A stretch of DNA of 64,000 nucleotides. Origin: Nannocystis sp. ILAH1 (lineage in GTDB: Bacteria; Myxococcota_A; Polyangia; Nannocystales; Nannocystaceae). The first letter of the stretch is position 1; every line of letters begins with the position of its first letter. Shown here one piece after another: positions 49,892 to 60,678 of this stretch. A program made the translations under genes and the position numbers. The stretch lies in contig NZ_JAPNKD010000014.1 of assembly GCF_026626585.1 (NCBI RefSeq), forward strand, positions 285,207 to 349,206. The letters are read 5' to 3'. The notes below the pieces were generated by a model. The model had not been told where the DNA came from and did no database searches. It saw only the letters and a list, made by a program, of their open reading frames with translations.

Positions 49892-51937
49892 ATGCCGCGC
49901 CGCGTCCTCGTCACCGCCGCCCTCCCGTACGCCAACGGTTCGCCCCACCTCGGGCACCTGCTCGAGTACATCCAGACCGACGTCCACGTGCGGGCGCGCC
50001 GGTTGGCCGGCGAGGACGTGATCTTCATGTGGGCGGTCGACACCCACGGCACGCCGATCGAGCTGCGCGCCCGGCGTGAGGGCGTCGAACCGGCCGACCT
50101 GGTCGCGCGCATGCACGCCGAGCACGCGCAGGTCTACCGCGACTTCGGCATCGAGTCCGACATCTTCTACACCACGCACTCGGACGAGACCCGCAAGCAC
50201 GCCGAGTTCATCTACGAGAAGATGCGGGCGGCCGGGACGACCCAGACGCGCGATGTCCCGCAGCTCTACTGTCCCAAAGACCAGATGTTCCTGCCGGACC
50301 GGTTCGTCAAGGGGACGTGCCCGTACTGCAGCTCGGTCGACCAGTACGGCGACGTCTGCGAGAAGTGCGGTCACACGTACAACCCGACCGAGCTCAAGGA
50401 TCCGCACTGTGCGATCTGCGGGACCACGCCGGAGCTGCGCGAGTCGGAGCACGTGTTCGTGTCGCTCGGCCGCTTCGAGGGCTTCCTGCGCGAGTGGCTG
50501 AACTCGACCAAGCTGCAGTCGGCGGTTCGCAACTACGTGATGCGGTGGGTCGACGACGGCCTGCGCGACTGGGACATCTCCCGCGACGCGCCTTACTTCG
50601 GCTTCTCGATCCCCGGCTACGAGGGCAAGAAGTTCTTCTACGTGTGGTTCGACGCCCCGGTCGGCTACATCGGCGCGACCCAGAAGTGGTGCGACGAGCA
50701 CCCCGATCGCGCCTCGTTCGCGTCGTACTGGCGCGCCGATCAGAGCCAGGACACCGAGATCGTCCACGTCATCGGCAAGGACATCGTCTACTTCCACACG
50801 CTGTTCTGGCCGGCGATGCTGCACGCGGCCGGCTACACCAAGCCGACGCGGATCAACGTACACGGCTGGCTGACCGTCAACGGCGAGAAGATGTCGAAGA
50901 CGCGCGGGACCTTCATCCTCGCGCGCACGTACCTCGACCACCTGCCGGCCGACTACCTCCGCTACTACTTCGCGGCCAAGCTCGGGCCGGATCAGGACGA
51001 CATCGACCTCGACCTGGCCGACTTCGTCAGCCGGGTGAACACCGACCTGGTCAACAAGGCGGCCAACCTTGCCAGCCGCTGTCAGAAGTTCCTCGTCGGT
51101 CGGCTGGAGGGCAAGCTCGGCCCGATCCCCGCCGACGCCGAGCCGCTGATGGCGAAGGCGCGTGAGTCGCTGGCGCAGGTGCCGGGGCTGTACGCCAACT
51201 TCGAGTCGGCCAAGGCGCTGCGCCTGGCGATCGAGATCGGCGGCGAATTCGACGCTTACATCACGGCGCAGGAGCCGTGGAAGGTGATCGGCAAGGACCC
51301 CGAGCGAGCGCGGGCGGTCTGCACCGCGGGCATGTGGGCGAGCAAGGTGATCGCGGCGATCTTGAAGCCGGTGCTGCCGAAGTGGGCGGCGACGATCGAG
51401 GAGGGCCTGCGCCTTGCGGCCCCGCTCGATTTCGTCAACGCGATCGAGCCGCTGCCGGAGGGCCTGGTGGTCGGGGCGTACGTGACGCTGGCCGAGCGCA
51501 TCGACCCCAAGAAGATCGAGGCGATCGTCGAGGTCAGCAAGGAGACGATCGGCGAGCCGGCTCCGGCCGCCCCGGAAGTGCCGGCCTATACGGTCGAGCC
51601 GTTGGCGGCCGAGGCCAGCATCGAGGCGTTCTCGGCGGTCGACCTTCGCGTCGGCAAGGTGCTGACCGCGGCGCGGGTGAAGGGCTCCGACAAGCTGCTG
51701 CAGCTGACGATCGACCTCGGGCCGCTCGGACAGCGCAACATCTTCAGCGGGATCGCCGCTTCGTACGCGCCCGAGCAGCTGGTCGGCAAGCACGTGGTGG
51801 TGTTCGCCAACCTCAAGCCCCGCAAGATGCGGTTCGGCGTCAGCGAGGGCATGGTGCTCGCGTCGGGGGCGAAGGACGATGCGATCACGGTGCTCGAGCT
51901 CGACCCGCGCAGCCTGCCCGGCGAGAAGATCAGCTGA
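49892..51937 (+). CDS. metG: Methionyl-tRNA synthetase with C-terminal tRNA-binding domain
   Basis: It has the HLGH motif (PHLGHLLEYIQTDV), the KMSKT motif (EKMSKTRGT), a Zn knuckle (CPYCSS...CEKCGH) and a C-terminal EMAP-like domain. Confidence 0.95.
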   Translation: MPRRVLVTAALPYANGSPHLGHLLEYIQTDVHVRARRLAGEDVIFMWAVDTHGTPIELRARREGVEPADLVARMHAEHAQVYRDFGIESDIFYTTHSDETRKHAEFIYEKMRAAGTTQTRDVPQLYCPKDQMFLPDRFVKGTCPYCSSVDQYGDVCEKCGHTYNPTELKDPHCAICGTTPELRESEHVFVSLGRFEGFLREWLNSTKLQSAVRNYVMRWVDDGLRDWDISRDAPYFGFSIPGYEGKKFFYVWFDAPVGYIGATQKWCDEHPDRASFASYWRADQSQDTEIVHVIGKDIVYFHTLFWPAMLHAAGYTKPTRINVHGWLTVNGEKMSKTRGTFILARTYLDHLPADYLRYYFAAKLGPDQDDIDLDLADFVSRVNTDLVNKAANLASRCQKFLVGRLEGKLGPIPADAEPLMAKARESLAQVPGLYANFESAKALRLAIEIGGEFDAYITAQEPWKVIGKDPERARAVCTAGMWASKVIAAILKPVLPKWAATIEEGLRLAAPLDFVNAIEPLPEGLVVGAYVTLAERIDPKKIEAIVEVSKETIGEPAPAAPEVPAYTVEPLAAEASIEAFSAVDLRVGKVLTAARVKGSDKLLQLTIDLGPLGQRNIFSGIAASYAPEQLVGKHVVVFANLKPRKMRFGVSEGMVLASGAKDDAITVLELDPRSLPGEKIS

Positions 51938-52154
51938 GGTCGCGGCGCGGCATCGGCTCACGAGGGCCGGTGCCGCTCGCGGCCGGTGAGCGCGTCGTCG
52001 GCCGCCGCTAGCGGACCCCCTGTCCTCAGGGGCAGGTGATTCGGCCAGCTCGTCGAGGGCCAAGTCCGCCGAGTGATCGGCAGGTCCGACGACCTGTCCT
52101 CACGAACAGGTCGCAAGTGAGTCACCCGACGGGCGGCCGCGAGCGAGCGCAGGC

Positions 52155-52544
52155 TCAGGAGTAGCCGCCCCAACAGAAGTCGAGGACGCGGCCGAGGCCG
52201 TTGGCCTCGCAAAAATTGTGCGCGGCGGGGTCGCACTCCTGGTCGGCGAGCTGACCGAGGTCCCAGCGGCGCACACCCGAGGTGCTGCACTGGACCAAGC
52301 AGACGTCGTCGGGGGTGCTGCGGGCACAGCTGCTGTCGCCGCAGGCGTGACACTGCGGCGCAGGGAGCAGGGCGGCGTCGCCGAGGGCGGCGAGCTGTCG
52401 CGCCGGCAGCTGCGAGACGGGCTTCGGCTCGGGGGTGCGGATGATCGGTCCGTCCGGGTCGGTGGGTCCGGGGCCCGGGGTACAGCCGCCGATCCACGAG
52501 ACCGCCACGATCCAGAAGATGAGGCGCGGAGGCGGGATTCGCAT
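52155..52544 (-). CDS. Small Cys-rich lipoprotein
   Basis: It has a signal peptide plus lipobox (VSWIGGC) and 8 Cys. Confidence 0.5.
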   Translation of the reverse strand: MRIPPPRLIFWIVAVSWIGGCTPGPGPTDPDGPIIRTPEPKPVSQLPARQLAALGDAALLPAPQCHACGDSSCARSTPDDVCLVQCSTSGVRRWDLGQLADQECDPAAHNFCEANGLGRVLDFCWGGYS

Positions 52545-52701
52545 GATGGTTCCTCCGCCCGAGTTCTGATCCGGGTCGAGCGGACGAACAAGTCAAAAGG
52601 TCGTATCGCGCGCGCGCCGCCCGCGATGCCTGACTTTAAAAACATGTGCGGCCGGACATGTCCCGAAGGACCTGCCCGACCGCGCTCGTCCAGGACGACG
52701 T

Positions 52702-53508
52702 TCAGTTGACCGCGACGGGGGCGGAGGCGCCGAAGAAGCGCTCCTCGAGGGCGGCCAGGCGGGCGCCGACGCGGCCCTCGCCGGCGATCCCGCGCAGGCG
52801 CGAGAACACGCGCGCGGCCGTCCGCTCGGCGAGGCCGCGGACGCGGTAGCGCCAGCTCGAGCGCTCGTCGGCGGTGCCGATGAGGACCTGCAACGAGCTC
52901 AGCAGCTCGTGTTCGATGCGGTCGACGAGCGGGGTCAGGTCCGGCTTGTCGTGGGTGACGTTGAAGTGGATGAGGTCGGTCAGCGCGGCGCACACCTGGG
53001 TGCGGGCGGCCCGGAACCGCTCCGGCTGATCGCCGAGGTCGGCGTGGATGCCGTCGGCCAGCGCCTGGATGAAGCCGCGCAGGTTCTGCTCGGCGTCGCG
53101 GAGGTGGGAGGCGTCGCGGAGGTCGCGGCGGAGCTCGCCGAGCTCGGCCAGCAGGTCGGCCGCGATGTGGAAGCTGTCGAGCGCGCGCACCGAGGGGGTG
53201 CCCGGCGGCAGCGCGCGGTCGAACCGCAGGCGGGGGCGCTCGGCCGAGGTCGAAGCATCCTCGGCGTCGTCGAAGTTGTCCTCCTGGACGTCGGTCGCCG
53301 GCGCCTCGGCCTCGGCGGTCTCGGCAGCCTCGGCCGCGGCGTCGTCGCCGTCGTGGCCGCTGTACTTGCCGGACATGAGGTCGTCGCGGTCGATGAGCCA
53401 GCGCGAGCCGACGCGGCGGGCAGGCAGGCGCCCGGTCTGGGCCATGTGCCGCACGGTGCGCTCGCTCTTGCCCAGCAAATCGGCGGCGTCCTTGATCGAG
53501 ATCTCCAT
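52702..53508 (-). CDS. DNA-binding protein with N-terminal excisionase/MerR-type HTH and C-terminal domain of unknown function
   Basis: It has a perfect AGGAGG SD and an HTH_17-like N-terminus (ISIKDAADLLGKSERTVRHMAQTGRLPARRVGSRWLI). Confidence 0.65.
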   Translation of the reverse strand: MEISIKDAADLLGKSERTVRHMAQTGRLPARRVGSRWLIDRDDLMSGKYSGHDGDDAAAEAAETAEAEAPATDVQEDNFDDAEDASTSAERPRLRFDRALPPGTPSVRALDSFHIAADLLAELGELRRDLRDASHLRDAEQNLRGFIQALADGIHADLGDQPERFRAARTQVCAALTDLIHFNVTHDKPDLTPLVDRIEHELLSSLQVLIGTADERSSWRYRVRGLAERTAARVFSRLRGIAGEGRVGARLAALEERFFGASAPVAVN

Positions 53509-53582
53509 AGAGGTCCTCCTGTGTGCCGGCACTCTAACCGAAGTCGGATCGGGCGCCGCAAAATCGGCAGAAATCTTGCCGG

Positions 53583-54731
53583 TTGCGGCAGGTCCCCTTG
53601 CCGTTTCTGGATCCAGCAGCCAGTCTCCCGACCGTGCGAAAGCCCGAGCATCAGTGGGAGACCCGCCGTTTCGTGGCCGTCCGCTCGCCCTCGGTGCCGC
53701 CGCCACACGCGGCCGAGGAGGCGGTGCAGGCGTTCGAGCTCCGGCCGCGCGGCGGAGGTCACGCACAGGTCGCGGTGTTCTCGCTGGGTCGGCAAGTGCT
53801 GCCCCGGACCGCGGTCGAGGAGGACCCCGACTTGCTCCACGCGGCCCGCGCCTGGCTCGCCGCGCGCGGCTCTCGCGAGCTTCGTGCGATCGACGAGGAC
53901 GGACATGCCATCTGCTCGGAACGATTCACGTTGTCCGACCTCGGTTCGAGCGCTTCGCAAGCTGTCCGAAAGGTCATCACTCTGGCGCCGTCGAACGCCG
54001 AGCTGGTGGCCAGCCTGGGCTGCTTCGACCGCGTGGTCGCGTGCGAGGACTCGTCGGACTCGCCGCCGGAGACGGCCAGGTGCGAGCGCCTCGGGCCGGA
54101 CCTCGGGCCGGATCTGGATCGCGTGGCCGAGCTGCGACCTGACCTTGTGTTCAGCTCGCTCTCGGTGCCGGGGATGGAGCGGATCGTCACCGGGCTGCGC
54201 GCGCGGGGGGTGCCGCAGCGGGTGCTGGCGCCGCGATCGATCGCCGACGTGATCGCCGAGGTGCGCCTGGCCGGGGCGGACCTCGCGGTGCCGGGCCGCG
54301 CCGAAGAAGTGGTGGCGGCGATGGAGGCCGAGGCGGCCGCGCTGCGCGAGCGTCGGCCGCCGCGGCCGGCGAGGGTCTACCTCGAGTGGTGGCCGCGGCC
54401 GATGTTCACCCCCGGGGCCGCGTGCTTCAGCAACAACCTCATCGACCTGGCCGGGGGGGTCAACGTGTTCGCCGACCGGCCCGGCGCGAGCCTCGAGATC
54501 ACGCCGGCCGAGCTGGTCGCGGCCGACCCGGACATCTGCTTCGTGTCGTGGTGCGGGGTGGCGGTCGACAAGCTCGACCCGGACAACTTGATCCACCGGC
54601 CCGGACTCGCGGCGCTGCGAGCGGCCCGCGCCGGCCGCGTGGTGAAGCTCGACGAGCGCTACTCGGGTCGACCGGGACCGCACATGCTCGAGGCGGCACG
54701 CATCATGGCGCGCGCGATCGCCAGTCTGTGA
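53583..54731 (+). CDS. BtuF/TroA-like (class III) periplasmic-binding-protein-fold protein; N-terminal 130 aa extension uncertain
   Basis: The C-terminal 250 aa match the cobalamin/siderophore binding-protein pattern (ITLAPSNAELVASLG...VAELRPDLVF...EWWPRPMF). No signal peptide is evident. A palindromic element lies inside the N-terminal extension. Confidence 0.6.
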   Translation: MRQVPLPFLDPAASLPTVRKPEHQWETRRFVAVRSPSVPPPHAAEEAVQAFELRPRGGGHAQVAVFSLGRQVLPRTAVEEDPDLLHAARAWLAARGSRELRAIDEDGHAICSERFTLSDLGSSASQAVRKVITLAPSNAELVASLGCFDRVVACEDSSDSPPETARCERLGPDLGPDLDRVAELRPDLVFSSLSVPGMERIVTGLRARGVPQRVLAPRSIADVIAEVRLAGADLAVPGRAEEVVAAMEAEAAALRERRPPRPARVYLEWWPRPMFTPGAACFSNNLIDLAGGVNVFADRPGASLEITPAELVAADPDICFVSWCGVAVDKLDPDNLIHRPGLAALRAARAGRVVKLDERYSGRPGPHMLEAARIMARAIASL

Positions 54732-54785
54732 TCGCGGAGCGCCGATTTTTTGCGGCGGCGATCGAGGTGTGTAAAGGCTGCACCC

Positions 54786-55073
54786 ATGGTGTCGCTCGAA
54801 CCGCAGGTCGCCCGTCTCGTCGATGAACTCGCGCAGTACCACGGCCATCGCACTCTCTGGCTCGATCGCCGCGGCTATCTGTGCCACGCAGAGCCGGAGG
54901 ACGACTTCGAGGATATCGGCTACCAGTACGTGGCGACGCTGCTCAAGCCGAACAGCGACGAGCTGCGCGCCACCATCATGCACTTCACGGCCCGCCGCGC
55001 GGCGCGGGTGGGGGCGTGCCCGGTGCCGGGCGCGTTCCACATGCACCCGGTGCCGGTGCTGATGGCGATCTGA
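54786..55073 (+). CDS. Hypothetical small protein (95 aa)
   Basis: ORF with a protein-like composition. No family recognised. Confidence 0.35.
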   Translation: MVSLEPQVARLVDELAQYHGHRTLWLDRRGYLCHAEPEDDFEDIGYQYVATLLKPNSDELRATIMHFTARRAARVGACPVPGAFHMHPVPVLMAI

Positions 55074-55405
55074 CCTTCAGGTCATGTGAGGCGCCACTGC
55101 GGCGCTGCGGGTGAAAAAAAAAGTTTGGGACATGGCCTTCGGGTCATGTGAGGCTCGGGGTCAATCGACGGGGGCCAGCGAAGATCGGAGCGCTGGACTT
55201 CACGTGTTGCCGACTGGACCTCGCGGTAGGACGCCGGCCTCGGTCGGTCAGCCGATCCCATGCACGGCTGCGGCCGTGAGGGGGCCGACACTGTCGGTCT
55301 CGGTGGAGGATGTCCTTCGGGACACGTTGCTCGGCGCCTGTTCGACGGCCAGGGTTGGCCGCCGAACAGGCGCCTCTTCACGTCCTTCGCCCGCGGTCGC
55401 TTCGG

Positions 55406-56776
55406 TCAGGTGCGTTCGCGGCGGCGACGCATGGCAGCGAGGGCGAGCAGCAGGGCGAGGGCTGGGGCGGGCTCGTGGGAGCGGCAGCCGCAGCCGCTGT
55501 CGGTGTTGCTGCCGCTGGTGTCGCCGTCGCTGTCCTCGTCGCGGCCGCCGCTGCTGCTGCTGCTCGAGGTGGTCGGAGCAGTGGTGGCGGTGGTGGTCGG
55601 CTCGGTCGGGCCCGTGTCGTCGCTGCCGGTCGGATCGGCGCCAGTGTCGTCGCTGCCGGTGGTGGTGCCGGCCTCGCAGAACACGCCGGGGCGGATCGGG
55701 TCGGCGCTGAAGGTGCGGTTGATGATGTTGGCGCGGCCGCGGGTCTGGCCGACCCACATATTGATCGAGCGGTCGACGATCTCGTCGATGACTGCGTACT
55801 CCTCCTCGCACAGGACCTCGTCCGGGCGCTTGAGGAGGACGAAGGAGATGCCGAACTCGTTGGGAGCGTCGGGGTAGGCGGGGACGCGCTCGCCCTCGGC
55901 CTGGATCACCTCTTCGACGGTGACGTCGCGCCGCGTGCCGCTGACGGTGAAGCTCTCGGCCTTGAAGAGGAACGAGTTGGGTTCGGGGCAGGCCTGGTTG
56001 GGCAGCGCGGAGTCGACGCAGTCGTGCGGGTCCTCGATGACGAACCACGGCTTCACCTCGGAGGGGTCCATGAGGCCCATGAGATAGAGGTCGAGGTCGC
56101 TGAACTCGAACTGGTCGAGCTTGTCCGCGGTGAAGGTGCCGTCGCCGTTGTCGGTCCAGCGGTGGCCCTCGACCGGCGAGCCGTTGGTGTGCATGTAGAA
56201 GTTCCAGTGGGCCTGCGAGCGGCCGAGCAGCAGCTCGGTGTTGCCGCCGCCGGCGACGTGCGGGAAGGCCAGCCACGCGTGGCCCAGCTCCTGGCCGAAC
56301 ACCAGCGAGATCCACCAGTCGTCGATCTCTTCGGTGCCGGTCTTGATGAACTTCCGCCAGTTGTTCATGTGCAGCATGCCGATGAACTGGCTGTTCGGGG
56401 TGTCGTCGAAGAACTCGGCCGGGATCACCGGGTCGAAGTCGGCGGCGTGCGAGTAGCCGATGCCGGCGACGTCGTTGGCGAGCGCCTGATAGAAGGCGCC
56501 GACGCCGTCGACGAGGTTGAAGGTCGAGTAGACGACGATGAACTGGGCGTCGTCCGGGTGCGCGGCGAGGAAGCCCTCTTCGAGCGGGTTGTAGCCGTTA
56601 TAGAAGCCGGTGCGCGAGAACCAGTTGGCGTGCTCGACGGTGCCGTCGTCGTCGAACACCATGAAGTTCTTGCGCTGCTCGACGAACTGGACCGGGCCGG
56701 CCTGCGCGGTGTCGACGAGGAGGGGGCCTGAGGCGAGGACGAGGGCGAACGGCGCGACCAGAGCGAGGCGGGGCAC
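55406..56776 (-). CDS. Secreted protein with MYXO-CTERM sorting signal
   Basis: It has an N-terminal signal peptide. The C-terminus carries GCGC + hydrophobic stretch + RRRRER (…[31 protein letters not shown]), and a Thr-rich linker lies before the tail. Confidence 0.7.
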   Translation of the reverse strand: MPRLALVAPFALVLASGPLLVDTAQAGPVQFVEQRKNFMVFDDDGTVEHANWFSRTGFYNGYNPLEEGFLAAHPDDAQFIVVYSTFNLVDGVGAFYQALANDVAGIGYSHAADFDPVIPAEFFDDTPNSQFIGMLHMNNWRKFIKTGTEEIDDWWISLVFGQELGHAWLAFPHVAGGGNTELLLGRSQAHWNFYMHTNGSPVEGHRWTDNGDGTFTADKLDQFEFSDLDLYLMGLMDPSEVKPWFVIEDPHDCVDSALPNQACPEPNSFLFKAESFTVSGTRRDVTVEEVIQAEGERVPAYPDAPNEFGISFVLLKRPDEVLCEEEYAVIDEIVDRSINMWVGQTRGRANIINRTFSADPIRPGVFCEAGTTTGSDDTGADPTGSDDTGPTEPTTTATTAPTTSSSSSSGGRDEDSDGDTSGSNTDSGCGCRSHEPAPALALLLALAAMRRRRERT

Positions 56777-56857
56777 GAGGGCAGGATAGAAGCAGTTGCG
56801 CGGACACCCAAGCGGATAAAGTCCGCGGACGCGCGGGACGCCGGCCGCGCCGCGACG

Positions 56858-58774
56858 TCAGGCCCCGGCGTCCGCGCTCCGCTGCTCGAGCTCCTCCCAG
56901 CGCGTGACGAGGGCGGCGGCGCGCTGACGGGCCGTGTCGAGCTTGCGCACCAGCTCCGCGACCTGGTCCTTGCCGGCGCTGTAGACGGTGGGATCGCCGA
57001 GCTTGGCCTCGAGCTCCTGGACCTCGCCCTCGGCGGCCTCGATCTTGCCGAGGAGCCCCTCGAGCTCGCGCTTCTCGGAGTAGTTGAGGCCGCGCTTCGC
57101 GGCGGGCGCAGAGGCCTTGGCGGCCGCAGGCGTGGTTCGTGCGACGGGCTGTGGTTCGGCGGCCGCTTCGGTCTCGGCCAGGCGCTCGAGGTAGTCGCTG
57201 TAGTTGCCGTGGTGGCGCACGACCTTGCCGTCGCCCTCGAAGGCGAGGATCGAGGTGGCGACACGATCGAGGAACCAGCGATCGTGCGTGACGATGATCG
57301 CGGCGCCGGCGAAGTCGAGCAGCATCTCCTCGACCGCGCCGAGGGTGGCGACGTCGAGGTCGTTGGTCGGCTCGTCGAGGAGGACGAGGTTGGAGGCGCC
57401 CGACAACAGCACCGCGAGGGCGACGCGAGCCCGCTCGCCGCCCGACAGCGAGCCGACCTTCTGGGCGTAGGCGGACGGGTCGAAGAGGAAGCGCTCGAGG
57501 TAGCGGGCGATGTCGAGCGGGTGACCGCCGCCGAGCTCGAGGCCGCGGCGCCGCTCGGCGATGTTGTCGTAGACGCTGCGATCGTCGTCGAGGCCGGAGC
57601 GGTTCTGGTCGAGGTAGGCGATCGCGGTGTGCTTGCCGCGGACGACCTCGCCGGCGGTCGGAGGAAGCTGGCCGACGATCGAGCGCAGCAAGGTGGTCTT
57701 GCCGCTGCCGTTGGGGCCGACGACGCCGATCCGCTCGCCCTGGTTGAGCGCGAGGGTGAAGTCGCGGACGAGCACGCGGCCGAGCTCGAGGGTGACGCCG
57801 CGCAGCTCGAGGATCGTCTTGCCGCTGCGAGCTGCCTCGAGGGACAGCTCGACCCGACGGTCGCGCTGCGGGCCCGACTTGGCCAGCTCGGCCTCGGCCC
57901 GGTTGACGCGCGCGGTCTGCTTGGTGGTCCGCGCCTTGGGCTGGCGCCGCAACCACTCGAGCTCGCGGCGGAGGAAGTTCTGGCGGTTGGCCTCGGTGCG
58001 CTGGGCGTGGGCCATGCGCTCGGCCTTGGCCTCGAGGTAGGCGCCGAAGCCCCCGTCGTAGGCGTAGACCTCGCCGCGGTCGACCTCGAAGGTCCGCGTG
58101 CACACGCGGTCGAGGATGTAGCGATCGTGGGTGATGAGGAGGACGGCGCCGCTGTAGTCCTCGGCGAGGTGGCGCTCGAGCCACTCGATCGCGGCGACGT
58201 CGAGGTGGTTGGTCGGCTCGTCGAGCACCGCGAGGTCGGGCCGGCGCGCCAGCAGGGCCGCGAGGGCGACGCGGCGCCGCTCGCCGCCGCTGAGGCGCTC
58301 GGTCGGCGCGGCGGGATCGCGGACGCCGAGGCGCGCGAGGTACGACTCGGCTTCCGCTGCCCGCGACCAACCTCCGCAGCGCTCGATCTCCGCGGCGGCG
58401 GCCGCCTGCTCGGCCACCAGGGCGTCGATCGCCGCCCCGGAGGCCCCCTCGAGGCTCCCGGTGGCCGCGTCGTAGCGGGCGCGGGCGGCAGACCACTGGC
58501 CGAGGCCGCTGAGGACGGCTTCGAGGGCGGTGAGGCCGGGTGGGAGGCGCGGCTCCTGCTCGAGGTAGGCGATCGCGGCGTCGCGGCGGAGGACCACTTC
58601 ACCGGCGTCGGGGGCGTCCAGTCCGGCGAGGATCCGCGCCAGAGTGGTTTTTCCCGAGCCGTTGTTGCCGACCAGCCCGACGCGCTCGCCGGTCATCAAG
58701 GTGAGGTTGACGCCGGCGAGGACGCGGCGGACGCCGTAGCTCTTTTCGACCTGGCGCAGGCTTGCGATCGGCAC
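56858..58774 (-). CDS. ABC-F family ATPase (tandem ABC domains, no TM)
   Basis: It has two Walker A motifs ([20 protein letters not shown]), two LSGGE signatures and an inter-domain linker. A GTG start is chosen instead of the long Pro/Arg-rich upstream extension. Confidence 0.85.
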   Translation of the reverse strand: MPIASLRQVEKSYGVRRVLAGVNLTLMTGERVGLVGNNGSGKTTLARILAGLDAPDAGEVVLRRDAAIAYLEQEPRLPPGLTALEAVLSGLGQWSAARARYDAATGSLEGASGAAIDALVAEQAAAAAEIERCGGWSRAAEAESYLARLGVRDPAAPTERLSGGERRRVALAALLARRPDLAVLDEPTNHLDVAAIEWLERHLAEDYSGAVLLITHDRYILDRVCTRTFEVDRGEVYAYDGGFGAYLEAKAERMAHAQRTEANRQNFLRRELEWLRRQPKARTTKQTARVNRAEAELAKSGPQRDRRVELSLEAARSGKTILELRGVTLELGRVLVRDFTLALNQGERIGVVGPNGSGKTTLLRSIVGQLPPTAGEVVRGKHTAIAYLDQNRSGLDDDRSVYDNIAERRRGLELGGGHPLDIARYLERFLFDPSAYAQKVGSLSGGERARVALAVLLSGASNLVLLDEPTNDLDVATLGAVEEMLLDFAGAAIIVTHDRWFLDRVATSILAFEGDGKVVRHHGNYSDYLERLAETEAAAEPQPVARTTPAAAKASAPAAKRGLNYSEKRELEGLLGKIEAAEGEVQELEAKLGDPTVYSAGKDQVAELVRKLDTARQRAAALVTRWEELEQRSADAGA

Positions 58775-59207
58775 GGGGCGGGACTCTACCTCCGCCCGGG
58801 CCGCCGGCGCGGCAATTGTGGGGGAGGACACGCCCACCTCGGCGTGCGCCGGCCTGCGAGGCGATCCACCGGGCCGTGGAGGTCGGCGCGGCATGGCCGC
58901 CGGCCCGCCGACTTCCAGGGGGTGAGGTGAATTCCAGGCCCCGGCCGCGTGAGGTGAAATCGCCGCCGGAGGGGTTCGCGGAGGTTGACAGGGCCCGGGC
59001 CGAGGGCGGATCCTGCCCCTGGTCATGACCTCAATCGGCACTCACGGAGCCCGCCGGGTCGCAGCCGGCCTCCCTCCGGTCGCGTCGCACGTGTGCGTCC
59101 GGCGTGTCGCTTGTGGAGTGTCGACGCAACGACGCGGTCCCGCTCAGGGCGCCGCGAGCCACGGCCGACGTGGCGTGCAGTGAAGAGAGAATAGGAGAGA
59201 GACAGAA

Positions 59208-59729
59208 GTGAAAATTTTCGTCGGTGGACTGGCGTGGGCGACGGGCGACGAGAGCCTGCGCGCGGCCTTTGAACCCTTCGGTAAGGTCGACGAGGCGATC
59301 GTCGTCAAGGACAAGGAGACCATGCGCAGCCGTGGTTTCGGGTTCGTGACGTTCGCCGATGAGACGGCCGGTCGTGCCGCTCTCGAGGCGATGAACGGCG
59401 CGGTGCTTGACGGGCGGACCATCCGCTGCGATGCCGCGGTCGAGCGCGCCCGCAGCGATCGGCCCTCGCGGCCCTTCGTCGAGCGTGCCCCGTCGGGCGG
59501 CTTCCAGGGCGGTGGCGGTGGTCCCCGCGGTGGCGGTGGCGGCGGTGGCGGCCGTGACTTCGGCGGCGGCGGCGGTGGTCGTGGCGGCGGCGGCGGCGGC
59601 TATGGCGGCGGCGGCGGCGGCGGCGGTGGTCGCGGCGGCGGCGGCGGCGGTGGTCGTGGCGGCGGCGGCGGCGGTGGCCGTGGCGGTCGCGGCGGCCGGC
59701 GGCGCGACGACGACTACGGCGACGACTGA
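59208..59729 (+). CDS. Glycine-rich RNA-binding protein (RRM + (GGGGGGR)n tail)
   Basis: It has a GTG start with a GGAGAGAG SD, RRM RNP-2 (IFVGGL) and RNP-1 (RGFGFVTF), and a C-terminal Gly/Arg repeat. Confidence 0.8.
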   Translation: MKIFVGGLAWATGDESLRAAFEPFGKVDEAIVVKDKETMRSRGFGFVTFADETAGRAALEAMNGAVLDGRTIRCDAAVERARSDRPSRPFVERAPSGGFQGGGGGPRGGGGGGGGRDFGGGGGGRGGGGGGYGGGGGGGGGRGGGGGGGRGGGGGGGRGGRGGRRRDDDYGDD

Positions 59730-59935
59730 GTCCTGCGTCGAAAATTGAGCCAGTGCGCCGCCCCGGGGGAGACCCTGCGGCGGCGCGCTCGCTTGGGTCG
59801 CCGTCATCTAGCGGCCGGGACTGACGGACGAAGATCTCGGTCGAGCTGGTCCAAAGGACAGCTCCCGGTTTCAGTGCGGGGGGCGCGCGGTCGGCCGGGC
59901 GTGCGAGAGCTGTCTATTGGGGCATGTCCGAAAGG

Positions 59936-60640
59936 CTAGGCCGGGACCTCGATGACGGCAGGGACCACTAGTTCGTGGCGGATCACGGTGCCGTCGGGCT
60001 TGAAGTAGAGCTCGTGCAGGCGACCGCCGGTCTCGAACTCGATCTCGTACTCGTCGCCGGCGCCGGTGAGGGTCTTCTTCTCGACCTCCTTGATCGCAAC
60101 GCCGGGGTGGGCCTTGTCGAACGCGGCGCGCACGGGCTCGGGGAGGGCCTTGGCGTCGATGTGGCACTCGGTGTAGACGACGCCGCCGTCGGCCCTCGCG
60201 CTGAGCTCGCACTGTTGCTTGTCGGCGGTCTCGACCTCGACCTCGTGCAGGCGGCCATGCGGGACCACGTGTTCGGTCTCGTAGCGCAGCACCTTGGCGC
60301 CGGGGTAGGTCGCGTCGAGCTGCTTGCGCACGGCCTCGGGCACCGCGGCGGCGTCCTGGTGATAGACGGACAGGTAGCGCACCGAGCCGTCCTTCTCGAG
60401 CTCGACCTTGATCTTCTCGACACCCTGGGCCGTGCCGGCGGCGCGCACGAGATCGGTGTCGAGCTGGCCAGGGCCGACGGGCGCGGGCGCGGGCGGCGGA
60501 GCCGGTTTGGCCTCGGCCGGCGGGGGCGCGGCGACTTTGCTCGGAGCAGGGGCGGGCTCGGCCTTGCTCGCTGTCCCGGGGCCGCATGCGGCGAAGAGCA
60601 GGCCAGCGACGCCGAGCGCCAGGATGCCGTGGTGATGCAT
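59936..60640 (-). CDS. Lipoprotein with tandem PepSY-like modules
   Basis: It has a lipobox (LLFAAC) and a Pro/Ala-rich linker. Two similar 80 aa modules each end in a ...E(V/I)E... pattern. Confidence 0.55.
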   Translation of the reverse strand: MHHHGILALGVAGLLFAACGPGTASKAEPAPAPSKVAAPPPAEAKPAPPPAPAPVGPGQLDTDLVRAAGTAQGVEKIKVELEKDGSVRYLSVYHQDAAAVPEAVRKQLDATYPGAKVLRYETEHVVPHGRLHEVEVETADKQQCELSARADGGVVYTECHIDAKALPEPVRAAFDKAHPGVAIKEVEKKTLTGAGDEYEIEFETGGRLHELYFKPDGTVIRHELVVPAVIEVPA

Positions 60641-60678
60641 GGTGCGAATTACTCCTGGTCCAAGTGTACACTCATGCG

